Positions 9,108 through 20,142 of a DNA stretch of 64,000 nucleotides are shown piece by piece. The position numbers and the translations under genes are program-made. This DNA is from Alphaproteobacteria bacterium (GTDB lineage Bacteria > Pseudomonadota > Alphaproteobacteria > UBA828), in assembly GCA_965237415.1 (NCBI GenBank), contig CBDEFM010000001.1:64001-128000 (forward strand), read 5' to 3'. How positions within the stretch are numbered: the first letter of the stretch is position 1; each line of letters starts with the position of its first letter. The notes beneath the pieces are model-generated. The model saw only the letters and a program-made list of their open reading frames with translations, had not been told where the DNA came from and made no database searches.

Positions 9108-10021
9108 GGACTGGCCCACAGCGGCGCGACGGCGAAGGGATCGTCCGGCATCACGACCAGCGAGTATGCGAGCCGCCCGCCGACAGCGAGCACCATGAGC
9201 GCCAGCAGACCTCTGAGATGTTCTGCCCGGATGCGCCCGCCGATGCGCGTACCGTATTGGGCGCCGATGACGGCACCGACCGCCAGCAGGAGGCCGAGGA
9301 TGATATCGACGTTGTTGTTGTTGACGGCGTGAGCGAAGCAGGAAACCGAGCTGATCACGATGATGCCGAACAGCGACGTGCCGACCACCACTGAAGTCGG
9401 CATGCCGATGAGGTAGATCATCGCAGGCACCATGAAGAACCCGCCGCCGACGCCCATGATGGAGGCGACGATGCCCATGAGGAAGCCGAGCACGAAGGGC
9501 GGGATCGCACTGACGTAGAGGCAGGAGCGCCGAAAGCGGAGCCTGAGCGGCAGGCCGTGTATCCAGGTGTGGACGTGGGCCTTGCGGCGGGACGCGCGTT
9601 GCCGGCGCGCCATCGCGCCCACGCTCTCGACCACCATCAGGCAGCCGACCACCCCGAGAAACAGCACGTAGGCGAGCGACACCACCAAGTCGATCTGGCC
9701 GGCATCGCTGAGCAGCTTGAAAATGAAGGCGCCGAGCCACGCACCGCCGATGCCGCCGCCGGAGACCAGAGCACCGATCAGAAAATCGACGTTGCCGCGG
9801 CGCCAATGCGCCATGGTGCCGGAGACCGACGAGGCGATGATCAGGTTGGTTCCGGTACCGACGGCGACCGACGGCGTGACGCCCAAGAAAATCAGCAACG
9901 GCGTCATCAGGAACCCGCCGCCGACGCCGAACATACCCGACAGCAGACCCACGCCGCCGCCGAGCACGAGCAGAATCAGCGCGTTGGCTGAAAGCTCGGC
10001 GATCGGGAGATAGATCTCCAT
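9104..10021 (-). CDS. Sulfite exporter TauE/SafE family protein
   Basis: MEIYLPIAE start, duplicated GxxGVGGGF motif, multiple TMs. Confidence 0.88.
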   Translation of the reverse strand: MEIYLPIAELSANALILLVLGGGVGLLSGMFGVGGGFLMTPLLIFLGVTPSVAVGTGTNLIIASSVSGTMAHWRRGNVDFLIGALVSGGGIGGAWLGAFIFKLLSDAGQIDLVVSLAYVLFLGVVGCLMVVESVGAMARRQRASRRKAHVHTWIHGLPLRLRFRRSCLYVSAIPPFVLGFLMGIVASIMGVGGGFFMVPAMIYLIGMPTSVVVGTSLFGIIVISSVSCFAHAVNNNNVDIILGLLLAVGAVIGAQYGTRIGGRIRAEHLRGLLALMVLAVGGRLAYSLVVMPDDPFAVAPLWASP

Positions 10022-10152
10022 CGGCTGGTTCGGGTGGTGCGAGCAAGAATGCGCCCGCTACATGCGCCTCCCGCTCAAGGTGCGCAAGCGAAAAGTCTGG
10101 AATCGCACTGTTATTGCGGGAAACTGGCCTGCAATTTGCGGGCCGGCACCGC

Positions 10153-11145
10153 TCAGGCGTCGAGCAGCCCCATGATGCGCCGCACCTCGGCAAGGTTGGT
10201 GTCGGCGATGTTCCGTGCACGCTCTGCGCCGTCGGCCAGCACCCCGTCGATATAGGCGGGGTCCGCCTGCAGCTCGCGCATACGCTGGGCGATTGGGCCG
10301 AGCGTCTCGATCGCGAGATCCGCAAGCTTGCCCTTGAAGGCCGCGAAGCCCGTCCCGGTGTGCTCGGCAATAACCCGCTCCACGGGCTCGCCGGCGAGCG
10401 CAGCGTAGATGCTCAGCAGGTTCGCCGCCTCGGGCCGCCGTTCGGGGTCGAAGGCGAGGCCCGGCTCGGAATCGGTTTTGGCGCGCTTGATCTTGAGCGC
10501 GAGCGTGTCGGCGTCGTCGGTCAGATTGATGCGTGCGTAATCGGAGCCATCCGACTTGCTCATCTTGCTGCGCCCGTCCCGCAGGCTCATCACCCGCGTC
10601 GCGGCGCCGAAGATCATCGGCTCCGGCAGCGGGAAGAATTCCACATCGTAGGCGCGGTTGAAGGCGCCGGCGATATCGCGAGAGAGCTCGAGGTGCTGCT
10701 TCTGGTCCTCGCCCACCGGCACCGCGGTCGCGTGGTAGAGCAGGATGTCGGCGGCCATCAGCACCGGGTAGGCGTAGAGGCCGAGGAGTGCGCTGTCCCG
10801 CTTCTTCCCCGCCTTCTCCTTGAACTGGGTCATGCGGTTGAGCCAACCGAGCGGGGTGAAGCAGTTGAGGATCCAGGCGAGCTCCGCGTGTGCCGCCACG
10901 CTGCTCTGGTTGAAGATGATGCATTTTTTAGGGTCGAGCCCGGCGGCGAGCAGCCCGGCCGTGACCTCGCGCGTGTTGCCGGTGAGCTCCGTAGGGTCCT
11001 GCGGCACCGTGATCGCGTGCAGATCGACGATGCAGTAGAGGCAGTCGTACTCCCGCTGCATCGCGACCCAGTTCTTGATCGCGCCGAGGTAGTTGCCGAG
11101 GTGCAGGTTGCCGGTCGGCTGTACGCCGGAAAAGACCCGCTTCAT
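10153..11145 (-). CDS. trpS: Tryptophan--tRNA ligase
   Basis: [28 protein letters not shown] and KMSKS motifs. Confidence 0.97.
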   Translation of the reverse strand: MKRVFSGVQPTGNLHLGNYLGAIKNWVAMQREYDCLYCIVDLHAITVPQDPTELTGNTREVTAGLLAAGLDPKKCIIFNQSSVAAHAELAWILNCFTPLGWLNRMTQFKEKAGKKRDSALLGLYAYPVLMAADILLYHATAVPVGEDQKQHLELSRDIAGAFNRAYDVEFFPLPEPMIFGAATRVMSLRDGRSKMSKSDGSDYARINLTDDADTLALKIKRAKTDSEPGLAFDPERRPEAANLLSIYAALAGEPVERVIAEHTGTGFAAFKGKLADLAIETLGPIAQRMRELQADPAYIDGVLADGAERARNIADTNLAEVRRIMGLLDA

Positions 11146-11196
11146 GTCATGAACGCTCCGCCGGGGCGCGCCTTATCGCGTCCCGGCGCGGTGCCG

Positions 11197-12762
11197 TCAA
11201 CCTTGGCCTTCCCCCTGGCCTTGCCGGCGGCTGAGAAGCGCGCGCATCTCGGTCACCGATACGGCCCCCAGGGCGGCGGCGAGAGCGCCGTAGCCCACGA
11301 GGCCGGCGGCGACGAGAGCGGCAAGCCCCGCAATGCGCACGCCTGTGGTTTCGAGCGGGGTCTCCAGGCCGAGTGCGATCCCCCACAAGAGCAGCGCCAT
11401 GCCGGCCGCCGCCGCGATCATGCGCGGGAGCCGGCGTTTCAGCCGACCGTCCGGCTTGAGGAAGCCTCGCCGCGCGAGACCCGCGGCCAGAAGGCCCACG
11501 TTGAGCCAGCCGGCGAGCGTGGTTGCCAGCGCGATCCCGACATGGGCGAGCGGCCCCATGAGCGCGAGGTTGAGCACGACATTCACCGTCAGGCAGAGGA
11601 TCGCGATCCGCACCGGTGTCCGCGTGTCCTGCCGCGCGAAGTAGCCGGGCGCCAGCACCTTGATCAGCACGAAGGCAGGGAGCCCGGCGGCATAGGCGAT
11701 GAGGGCGCCGGCCGTGGCGCTGCTCTCGTCGACCCCGAAGGCGCCGCGCTCGAACAGGACCGCGATCACGGGGCCCGCAATGACGATGAGCGCGACTGCC
11801 GCCGGCACCGCCAGCAGGAGCGCCATCTCGATTGCCCGGTTCAGGCTCCCGACCGCCTCCTCGACCTCGCCCGCCCGCAGCTGGCGGCTGAGCAGGGGCA
11901 AGAGCGCGGTCCCGACCGCGACGCCGACGACGCCGAGCGGAAGCTGGTTCACGCGGTCGGCGTAGTAGAGAAACGATACCGAGCCCGGCGGCAGCAGCGA
12001 TGCGATGATGATATCGACGACCAGGTTGATCTGGGCGACTCCGGCGCCGAGCGCCGCCGGCGCAGCGAGGATGAGCAGGCGCTTGACCCCCGGCGTGAGC
12101 CGCGGCCAGCGCAGGCGGAGCGACATTCCCGCCCGGGAGGCGGCAACGATCAACCAGACGAATTGAACGATCCCGCCGACCGTGACCCCGATCGCGAGCG
12201 CATGCCCCGGCGTCTCGGTCCAGCGCGCAAGGCCGAGCAAGGCCCCGATCAGGCAGAGGTTGAGCAGGATCGGCGTGGCCGCGACCGCAGCGAAGCGATA
12301 GAGCGAGTTCAGCACGCCGCCAAGCAGCGACACGAGCGAGATCAGGAGGATGTAGGGGAAGGTGAGGCGCGTGAGCTGCACGGTCAGATCGAGCTTCCCC
12401 GGCTCGTCGGCGAAGCCCGGTGCCAGGACGTGCATGAGCCACGGCATCACGATCTGAGCTGCGATGACGAGCACCAGCAGCGTCCACAGCAGGACAGTCA
12501 GAACGTCCTCCGCGAACGACTTGGCCGCCGCGCGCCCGTCGCGCTCCAGCACGCCCGCGAAGAGCGGCACGAAGGCTGCGTTGAACGCGCCCTCCGCGAA
12601 CAGCCGCCGCAGGAAGTTCGGCAGCTTGAAGGCGACGAAGAAGGCGTCCGCCACCGGCCCTGCCCCCAGGACCGAGGCGATCAGGATGTCGCGCAGGAAA
12701 CCGAGCACGCGCGAGCCCATGGTGTAGCCGCCGACGGTTGCGGCCCAGCGGGCGAGTGCCAT
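11197..12762 (-). CDS. murJ: Lipid II flippase
   Basis: SRVLGFLRD, PNFLRRLFAEGAF..AFVP and LYYADR..QLPLG motifs. Confidence 0.96.
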   Translation of the reverse strand: MALARWAATVGGYTMGSRVLGFLRDILIASVLGAGPVADAFFVAFKLPNFLRRLFAEGAFNAAFVPLFAGVLERDGRAAAKSFAEDVLTVLLWTLLVLVIAAQIVMPWLMHVLAPGFADEPGKLDLTVQLTRLTFPYILLISLVSLLGGVLNSLYRFAAVAATPILLNLCLIGALLGLARWTETPGHALAIGVTVGGIVQFVWLIVAASRAGMSLRLRWPRLTPGVKRLLILAAPAALGAGVAQINLVVDIIIASLLPPGSVSFLYYADRVNQLPLGVVGVAVGTALLPLLSRQLRAGEVEEAVGSLNRAIEMALLLAVPAAVALIVIAGPVIAVLFERGAFGVDESSATAGALIAYAAGLPAFVLIKVLAPGYFARQDTRTPVRIAILCLTVNVVLNLALMGPLAHVGIALATTLAGWLNVGLLAAGLARRGFLKPDGRLKRRLPRMIAAAAGMALLLWGIALGLETPLETTGVRIAGLAALVAAGLVGYGALAAALGAVSVTEMRALLSRRQGQGEGQG

Positions 12763-12784
12763 GGCTTGCGCGGGGGCCGGCGGC

Positions 12785-15559
12785 TCAGCCGGCCGCGCGG
12801 CGGCGCGGCACGGGATCGTCCGCGCGCCTGCCGGGCGCGACGCCGGCCTCGCGCCCGAGCATCTCGGTCAGGCGGCCCTGCACCTGCGCAACCTGGGCAT
12901 CGCGGGAGAGCTTCAGGCCGAAGCGGTCCCTGACGTAGAAGACATCGACGGCGCGGGAGCCGACCGTCGAGATGTGCGCCGAGCCGATCGAGACGCCGCA
13001 GGCGCTGAGCGTCCGCGTGATGTCGTAGAGGAGCCCCGGCCTGTCGCGCGCGCTCACCTCGATCACCGTGTAGCCGCGGCTCGCGCCGTTATCGACGAGG
13101 ACATGGGGCTCGAGGGCGATCGGGGCGGAGCGCGCCGGCCGCGGCGCGGCCACGAAGGCCGCGTCATCCGCACGTCCGGCGCCTGCGTCATCCTCGGAGA
13201 GCGCGCGGACCACGCTTTGCTCGAGCCGCTCCAGGCGCCCTTCGTCGCGGAACGCGCCGCCACCTGCGGCCTGGATCCAGATCGTGTCGATGGCCATCCC
13301 GTCGCCGGTGGTGAAGACGCGGGCATCGACGATGTTCGCCCCCGTAGTCGCCACCGCGCCGGCAATGGCGGCGAACAGGCCGATGTAATCGGGCGTGTAG
13401 AGCGTCATCTCCGTCGCGTCCCTGGCCCGGTCGATGCGGGTCTCGATCAGGGGCCCCCTGCCCCCGCCCCGCACGAAGCGGGCGTGGCGCTCCTGCATCG
13501 CGCTGTCGGTAGACAGCCAATAGGTAGCGGGGAGCCTGGTCTCGAAGTGCGCGATGTCGGCCTCGGTCCAGTCCGCGAGGCGGGCACGCAGTGCCTGCCG
13601 GGCCTTCGCCACGCGCGCGTCGCGGTCCTCGGCCTCGCGGCCGCCCGCGAGAACCGCCTCGGCGCGGTGGTAGAGCATGCGCAGGAGCGATCCTTTCCAC
13701 GCGGTCATGCGCCCCGGCCCAACGGCGGTGATGTCGGCCGCGGTTAGCACCAGCAGGAGCCTGAGACGCTCAAGCGAACGGACCCGGCCGACGAAATCGT
13801 CGACGGTGCGCGGATCGTTCGGGTCGCGCTTGAACGCGGTCATGCTGAACAGGAGATGCCAGCGGACCAGCCAGGCGGCGGTCTCGACCTCGTCGCGCGT
13901 GAATTCCAGCCGGGTGGCGACCTCGCGCGCGATCTCGGCGCCGATCTCCGAGTGGTCGCCACCCCGCCCCTTCGCAACATCATGCAGAAGCAGCGCGAGA
14001 TAGAGCACATCGCGCATCCGCAGTTGGGGAATGAGGGTGCTGGCGAGCGCCAGCTCGTCGGCTAGGGCGCCTCTCTCGATCGCGGCGAGCACGCCGATGG
14101 CACGGATGCTGTGCTCGTCGACCGTGTAGACGTGATAGAGATCGAGCTGGGTCTGCGCCACGACGCGGCCGAAATCCGGAAGAAAGCGACCCATCACGCC
14201 GGCCTCGTTCATCATCCGCAGGATCTTTTCGGGATTGTGCCTGTCGGTGAGGATCGCGCGGAAGGCGCGGTTGGCCTCCGGGTCGTCGCGCACCGATGCG
14301 GTGATCAGCCCGTGGCCCTGGTGGATCAGGCGGAGCGTTGCCGGATGAATGTCGCGGCCTTCGGTTTGCGCCCGGCGAAAGATCGTCACGAGGCGCACCG
14401 GGCGCTCGCTGAAGGTGCTTTCGCTGACCGCCGCGATGCGCCCGCCCGAGACGAAGAGCCCGTCGCGGGCGGGCCCGATCTCCGTCCCCGATCGGTGGAC
14501 CGGCGCGGTGTGGAGACGCTCCGCCTCCAGCACCGCGCAGAATACCCGCGTGAGCTCGCCGACAGACTTCGCGACGAGGAAATAGTGCTTCATGAACCGC
14601 TCGACAGCCAGATTGCCGCGGCGCGGCCCATAGCCCATGCGCGCCGCGATCTCGGGCTGGCGGTCGAAGGTGAGGCGATCCTCCGCGCGGTCGCAGACGA
14701 CGTGGAGGTGCGCCCGCACCCGCCAGAGGAAGTCCTCCGCCCGCGCGAAGCGATCATACTCGTGCCGGCTGAGCACACCGCGCTCGACGAGCTCGCCGAA
14801 ACGCTCGACGCGGAAGAGGTACTTGGCGATCCAGAACAGCACGTGGAGATCGCGCAATCCGCCCTTGCCGTCCTTTACGTTGGGCTCGAGGAGATAGCGC
14901 GAATCGCCCGCGCGTAGGTGGCGGGCGTCGCGTTCGTGAAGCTTGGCGGCGACGAACTCGGCCTCGGTGCCGGGCACCAACTCTGTGAGAAAACGCCGGC
15001 GGAACGCATCGTAGAGCGCCTGATCGCCCCACACATGGCGCGATTCGAGCACGGAGGTCCGGATCGTCATGTCCTCCTGCGCCCTTCGCAGACAATCGGA
15101 GACCGAGCGGGTCGCGTGGCCCACGGCGAGGCCGAGGTCCCACATCATGTAGAGCAGATGCTCGATGATCTGCTCGCTTCGGCCGGTCAGCTTGTAGGGG
15201 TGCAGGAAGAGAATATCGACATCGGAGTGAGGCGCCAGATCGCCCCGGCCATAGCCGCCGACCGCCACCAGGGAGAGGCGGCTCGCCGTGGTCGGATTGG
15301 GCTCGGGATAGACGACGTGCGACGCCCACTCCAGCAGCACGCGCAGCAGCTGGTCGATCAGGGAGGTCTGGGCCGCAACGATCTCGGCACCGGATGCCCC
15401 GGCTTCGAGGTGCCGGCAGAGCTCCCGACGGCCCTCGTCGCGGGTGCCTCTCGCAAGCTCCAGGACGGTCTTCCGGTCATCTCGACCGAGCCGGGCGACC
15501 GCTTGCGCGAAAGCCCGCCGGTCGAAAAGCGCCGCCGGCCGCGCGTCGGGCGCACTCAT
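12785..15559 (-). CDS. glnD: [Protein-PII] uridylyltransferase
   Basis: GGYGRG.L.P.SDVD, EPNVKDG.GGLRD, HVYTVDEH, LLHD.AKG, two C-terminal ACT domains. Confidence 0.95.
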   Translation of the reverse strand: MSAPDARPAALFDRRAFAQAVARLGRDDRKTVLELARGTRDEGRRELCRHLEAGASGAEIVAAQTSLIDQLLRVLLEWASHVVYPEPNPTTASRLSLVAVGGYGRGDLAPHSDVDILFLHPYKLTGRSEQIIEHLLYMMWDLGLAVGHATRSVSDCLRRAQEDMTIRTSVLESRHVWGDQALYDAFRRRFLTELVPGTEAEFVAAKLHERDARHLRAGDSRYLLEPNVKDGKGGLRDLHVLFWIAKYLFRVERFGELVERGVLSRHEYDRFARAEDFLWRVRAHLHVVCDRAEDRLTFDRQPEIAARMGYGPRRGNLAVERFMKHYFLVAKSVGELTRVFCAVLEAERLHTAPVHRSGTEIGPARDGLFVSGGRIAAVSESTFSERPVRLVTIFRRAQTEGRDIHPATLRLIHQGHGLITASVRDDPEANRAFRAILTDRHNPEKILRMMNEAGVMGRFLPDFGRVVAQTQLDLYHVYTVDEHSIRAIGVLAAIERGALADELALASTLIPQLRMRDVLYLALLLHDVAKGRGGDHSEIGAEIAREVATRLEFTRDEVETAAWLVRWHLLFSMTAFKRDPNDPRTVDDFVGRVRSLERLRLLLVLTAADITAVGPGRMTAWKGSLLRMLYHRAEAVLAGGREAEDRDARVAKARQALRARLADWTEADIAHFETRLPATYWLSTDSAMQERHARFVRGGGRGPLIETRIDRARDATEMTLYTPDYIGLFAAIAGAVATTGANIVDARVFTTGDGMAIDTIWIQAAGGGAFRDEGRLERLEQSVVRALSEDDAGAGRADDAAFVAAPRPARSAPIALEPHVLVDNGASRGYTVIEVSARDRPGLLYDITRTLSACGVSIGSAHISTVGSRAVDVFYVRDRFGLKLSRDAQVAQVQGRLTEMLGREAGVAPGRRADDPVPRRRAAG

Positions 15560-15771
15560 CGCTGCACACGGGGGCTGCAACCCATCGTGGGCCCTACCCC
15601 GCCGGAACGCGAAGCCCACGCCGAGCCGGATCCCATGGCCCCGGACCTTGCCCCGAATACCGACCACCCGCAAGCGCACAACGGCCTGAGAGGTGCACGC
15701 GCACGTGTCGATCGGGCTCGTGCCCGTTGTGAGCGCATCCGATCAGCACGCATCTCAAGCTGCTCTTCACA

Positions 15772-15802
15772 TTGAATTGCGGTTGAATTGCGGTTGAATT
15801 GC
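15772..15802. repeat. Tandem 11-bp repeat TTGAATTGCGG, about 2.8 copies, in the divergent glnD/rseP intergenic region
   Basis: Read directly: ttgaattgcgg ttgaattgcgg ttgaattgc. Confidence 0.85.
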
Positions 15803-15923
15803 ACGGCGCAGGCGCCACAGTGATATATACTCGACGATGCTACCCTGATCGCCTCACCGAACCGATCGCTCGGCCCGGCTCGACCCGGCGCCCGCGCCCC
15901 ATCATAACCGCACAGTGGCACCC

Positions 15924-17267
15924 ATGGATCTACTCGTCGACAAGCTGAACTATATCTGGCCGTTTCTCGCGATAATCACGCCCGTGGTTTTCTTCCACGA
16001 ACTTGGCCATTACCTGGTGGCCAGGATCAACGGCGTGCGCGTGGAAGTGTTCGCGGTCGGTTTCGGACCGGAGCTGTTCGGCATCGACGACCGTCACGGA
16101 ACGCGCTGGAAGCTCTGCGCGCTTCCGTTAGGCGGCTATGTGAAGTTCGCCGGCGACGCCGACGTCGCCAGCATGTCGGCCGAAGGCGACGGGCCGCTCC
16201 CGCCCGATTCATTCTACGCCAAATCGGTGGGGAAACGTTCGGCCATCGCGTTCGCGGGTCCGTTTGCGAACCTGCTGCTCGCGGCAGCGATCTTCGCCGT
16301 CTTCTTCATCGTGGTCGGCCAGCGATACACGCCGGTGGAGATCGGCGCCGTGCGCGAGGGCAGCCCTGCCGCCGTCGCTGGCCTCCAGCCGGGCGACAGG
16401 CTGGTCGAGCTCAACGGCAGCCGTGTCGAGCGGTTCGAGGAACTCCAGTTCACCCTCCTCCAGAGTCTGGGCGAGCCCATCACGCTTGCGGTCGAGCGCG
16501 GCGGCGCAGAGCTCGAGTTCACCGTGAAGCCGGAGATCGTCGAGGTGCTGGACGCCTTCGACCGGCCGCAGCAGCTGGGCGACATCGGCGTCCGGCCGTT
16601 CACGCCGGCCTCCGTCGCGCAGGTGGTCGCGGGCAGCCCGGCAGAGAGGGGCGGCCTGCAAGCGGGCGATAACATCGTCCGCATCGGAGACTCTGCGATC
16701 GAGAGCTTCGACCACCTTCGCACCATCGTGGAGCGGAACGCGGGAGTACCCCTCACCTTCGTCGTCGAACGCGGTGGTCGCGAGGTCCCGTTGACCGTGA
16801 CCCCGAACGACGTGAACGGGACGGGGCGGATCGGCGTCTACCCCGAAGAGCAGACTGCGTTCCGCGATTTGGGGGTCGGCGAGTCGATCTGGGCCGGCAT
16901 CGAACACACCTATACGCTCGCCGCCGCCAACCTCCGCGCGATCGGCCAGATGATCGTAGGAGCCCGCTCCACCGAGCAGCTGAGCGGACCCGTCGGTATC
17001 GCCGTCATGTCGCGAAGCGTGCTCGAGCGTGGCGTTTCCGGCTTCGTCGAGTTTGCAGCGCTGATCTCCATCGCCCTCGGCCTGATCAATCTGTTCCCGA
17101 TTCCGCCGCTCGACGGCGGACACCTGCTATACAACGGTCTGGAAGCCGCGTTCCGGCGCCCGCTCACCGCCCGGATTCAACAGATCGGCGCGACGGTCGG
17201 CCTGACGCTCGTTATCGCTTTGATGGTATGGGTGACCACGAAGGACATCATTGGCCTGACCTCATGA
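15924..17267 (+). CDS. rseP: RIP metalloprotease with two PDZ domains
   Basis: HELGH, PLGGYVK, AGP.AN and NLFPIPPLDGG motifs. Confidence 0.95.
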   Translation: MDLLVDKLNYIWPFLAIITPVVFFHELGHYLVARINGVRVEVFAVGFGPELFGIDDRHGTRWKLCALPLGGYVKFAGDADVASMSAEGDGPLPPDSFYAKSVGKRSAIAFAGPFANLLLAAAIFAVFFIVVGQRYTPVEIGAVREGSPAAVAGLQPGDRLVELNGSRVERFEELQFTLLQSLGEPITLAVERGGAELEFTVKPEIVEVLDAFDRPQQLGDIGVRPFTPASVAQVVAGSPAERGGLQAGDNIVRIGDSAIESFDHLRTIVERNAGVPLTFVVERGGREVPLTVTPNDVNGTGRIGVYPEEQTAFRDLGVGESIWAGIEHTYTLAAANLRAIGQMIVGARSTEQLSGPVGIAVMSRSVLERGVSGFVEFAALISIALGLINLFPIPPLDGGHLLYNGLEAAFRRPLTARIQQIGATVGLTLVIALMVWVTTKDIIGLTS

Positions 17268-19579
17268 CCCAGCGAGCAAAGCCAATGCCAGGAGCGACAA
17301 CGGCACGCCCAAGGGGCCGGATGCGACACATCGTCTGGCTGACGGCGCTCATCCTCGGCCTGTGGATCGGTGCTGCAACGGCACAGGAGAGCACGATCGG
17401 GTCCGTCCTCGTCGAGGGCAATGTGCGCATCGAGGTGGACACCATACGGTCCTATATGGCGATCGGCCCGGGCGACGAATTCGATTCCGATGCGGTCAAC
17501 GAGTCCCTCAAGAGCCTGTTCGCGACCGGCCTGTTCGCCGATGTGGCCATTCGGCGGGAAGGAAGCGCGCTGGTCGTCAGAGTGATCGAGAACCCGATCA
17601 TCAATCGCGTGGCTTTCGAGGGAAACGACGCCATCGAGGACAGCGAGCTCGAAGCCGAGATTCAGCTCCAGCCGCGCGCGGTCTACACCCGGCCGCGGGT
17701 GCAGTCGGATCTGCAGCGGTTGACCGAGATCTACCGGCGCAGCGGTCGTTTCGCCGCCACCATCGAGCCCAAGGTCATCCAGCTTCCGCAAAACCGGGTC
17801 GATCTCGTTTTCGAGGTGAACGAGGGGCCGATTACGGAAGTGCAGCGGATCAACTTCCTCGGCAACACTCACTTCAGCGACAGTGCGCTCCGGGACGTCA
17901 TCCAGACCGTAGAGAGTGCGTGGTATCGCTTCGCCACGAGTGCCGACACCTACGATCCCGACCGGCTGACGTTCGATCGCGAGCTGCTTCGCCGCTTCTA
18001 CCTCGCCAACGGCTACGTCGATTTCCGCGTGATCTCAGCGGTCGCCGAACTGACGCCGGATCGCCGCGACTTCATCATCACCTTCTCGCTCGAGGAGGGC
18101 GAGCGCTATCGGGTCGCCGCCATCGATATTCAAAGCAGGCTGCGGGACCTCGCGCCGGAGGACCTCTTCCCCATCGTCGAAATCGAAGAGGGAGACTGGT
18201 ACGACGCGGATCAGGTCGAGGACACGCTGCTCGCGCTGACGGAAGTCGTCGGCAGCCGCGGGTACGCCTTTGCCGACGTCAGCCCCCAAGTCGAACCGAA
18301 TCGCGAGGCGAATACCGTCGACGTGACCTTCGAAGTCGACGAGGGCCCGCGGGTCTATGTCGAGCGCATCGACATCGTCGGCAATGTCCGCACCCTTGAC
18401 GAGGTAATTCGTCGCGAGTTTCGGCTGGCGGAGGGAGATGCCTTCAACACGGCCCTCATTCGCCGCTCGCGACAGCGCATCATGAACCTCGGCTTCTTCA
18501 GCCAGGTCGATATCGACACCAGCGAAGGCACGGCACCGGACCGCACCGTCCTTACGGTGGAGGTCAGCGAAGTGGCCACGGGCGAGCTCAGCTTCGGCGC
18601 CGGCGTCTCGTCCGCCGAGGGTGTGCTCGGTGACATCGCCATTCGGGAGCGCAACCTGCTCGGCCGAGGACAAGAGCTCCGGCTCGCGCTTACGGTTTCC
18701 GAAAGTCACCAGGAGATCGATCTGAGCTTCACCGAGCCCTACTTCATGGACCGCGACGTCGCCGCCGGCGTCGACGTGTTCCGGAGAACGGTCGATCTGC
18801 AGGACGAAAGTTCATTCGATCGAGAGACCATCGGCTTCGTGACGCGAGCAGGTTATCCGTTGGCCGAGCGGCTGCGGCATACCGTCTCCTACACACTCAA
18901 GAACGATGAAGTCAGCGATGTTTCTCCCTCCACATCGCGATTCATTGCCGCGCAGGAGGGCGAGACGACCACCTCGGCGGTTGCCCATAGGCTGGAGTAC
19001 GACCTGCGCGACAGCCGCATCGACCCGACCGATGGCTACGTCGTCCGCTTCGGGCAGGAGCTCGCCGGGCTCGGCGGCGATGCGCAGTTCCTCAAGCACA
19101 CACTCACCTACGGCCACTTTTATTCGATCGCGGACGGGTGGGTGTTGAGCGCGATCGCGCGTGCCGGGCATATTTTCGGCATCGACGACGATGTGCGTAT
19201 CGTCGATCACTTCTTCCTCGGCGGCCGCAGGCTCCGGGGCTTCGAGCCAAGTGGCGTCGGCCCTCGCGATGCCGAAACCGGCGATGCGCTCGGCGGCAAT
19301 CTGTTCTATTCGCTGTCGGGCGAGCTGGGCTTTCCACTCGGCCTTCCCGATGAGATCAACCTGCGGGGCGCGATCTTCGTGGACGTGGGCACCCTTACCA
19401 CGATCGACGAATCAGGGCCGGAGCTTCTGGACGAAAGCTCGCCTCGGCTCTCCGCCGGCGTCGGGATCAATTTCCGCTCGCCGCTGGGTCCGATCCGGCT
19501 CGACTTCGCGCGGGCTCTCATAAAGGAAGACTTCGATCGAACCGAGAATTTCCGCTTCAGCTTCGGAACGAGGTTCTAG
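17264..19579 (+). CDS. bamA: Outer membrane protein assembly factor (alternative start 17321)
   Basis: POTRA repeats, LRGF motif, SPLGP and terminal FSFGTRF. Confidence 0.96.
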   Translation: MTQRAKPMPGATTARPRGRMRHIVWLTALILGLWIGAATAQESTIGSVLVEGNVRIEVDTIRSYMAIGPGDEFDSDAVNESLKSLFATGLFADVAIRREGSALVVRVIENPIINRVAFEGNDAIEDSELEAEIQLQPRAVYTRPRVQSDLQRLTEIYRRSGRFAATIEPKVIQLPQNRVDLVFEVNEGPITEVQRINFLGNTHFSDSALRDVIQTVESAWYRFATSADTYDPDRLTFDRELLRRFYLANGYVDFRVISAVAELTPDRRDFIITFSLEEGERYRVAAIDIQSRLRDLAPEDLFPIVEIEEGDWYDADQVEDTLLALTEVVGSRGYAFADVSPQVEPNREANTVDVTFEVDEGPRVYVERIDIVGNVRTLDEVIRREFRLAEGDAFNTALIRRSRQRIMNLGFFSQVDIDTSEGTAPDRTVLTVEVSEVATGELSFGAGVSSAEGVLGDIAIRERNLLGRGQELRLALTVSESHQEIDLSFTEPYFMDRDVAAGVDVFRRTVDLQDESSFDRETIGFVTRAGYPLAERLRHTVSYTLKNDEVSDVSPSTSRFIAAQEGETTTSAVAHRLEYDLRDSRIDPTDGYVVRFGQELAGLGGDAQFLKHTLTYGHFYSIADGWVLSAIARAGHIFGIDDDVRIVDHFFLGGRRLRGFEPSGVGPRDAETGDALGGNLFYSLSGELGFPLGLPDEINLRGAIFVDVGTLTTIDESGPELLDESSPRLSAGVGINFRSPLGPIRLDFARALIKEDFDRTENFRFSFGTRF

Positions 19580-19581
19580 CC

Positions 19582-20142
19582 ATGCGGGGATGGAGACGGC
19601 TCTGGCTGGTGCTCGCGCTCGCGGTCCCTTGTGCCCTGGGCAGCACCGCCGGTGCCTGGGCAGAAGAGCACGGGACGCGGATCGCCATCATCGAGATGGG
19701 GCGGATTCTCCAGGAGGCGACAGCCATCCACTCGATCCGGAGCCAAGGCGAGGCGCAGCGCAGGGCCTATGCCGAAGAGGCACAGCGCGAGGCGGAGCGG
19801 CTACGGGGAGTTCGGGACGAACTCATTCAGCAGCAGACGTTGCTCGCGCCCGCCGCCTTCGAGGAACGCCAGCGCGTTTTCAACGCCGAAGTCGCGACCG
19901 CCGACCAGAGGGCCAAGGCGCAGAACCAAATGCTGCAGCGCGCCGTCGCGGAGGGTGAGGTCCGCTTCCGCGAGGCCCTCGGCACCGTTGTCGCGGAGCT
20001 GGCGGAGGCGCGGGGTATCGAGATCGTATTGCCGGTCCACGCCTCGCTGTTCTCCGTCGCGGAGTTCAATCTGACCGACCTGGTCATCGAACGGTTGAAC
20101 GAAGCGTTCCCCGAGATTGCGCTGACGTTCGACGAGAGCTGA
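19582..20142 (+). CDS. OmpH/Skp family periplasmic chaperone
   Basis: Signal peptide, coiled coil, LT..VIERLN ending; lies between bamA and lpxD. Confidence 0.85.
   Translation: MRGWRRLWLVLALAVPCALGSTAGAWAEEHGTRIAIIEMGRILQEATAIHSIRSQGEAQRRAYAEEAQREAERLRGVRDELIQQQTLLAPAAFEERQRVFNAEVATADQRAKAQNQMLQRAVAEGEVRFREALGTVVAELAEARGIEIVLPVHASLFSVAEFNLTDLVIERLNEAFPEIALTFDES

Noticed and set aside
10114-12933. 939-aa plus-strand ORF
   Set aside because: Antisense shadow of trpS and murJ; Arg/Gly/His-rich, no motifs, expected in high-GC DNA.
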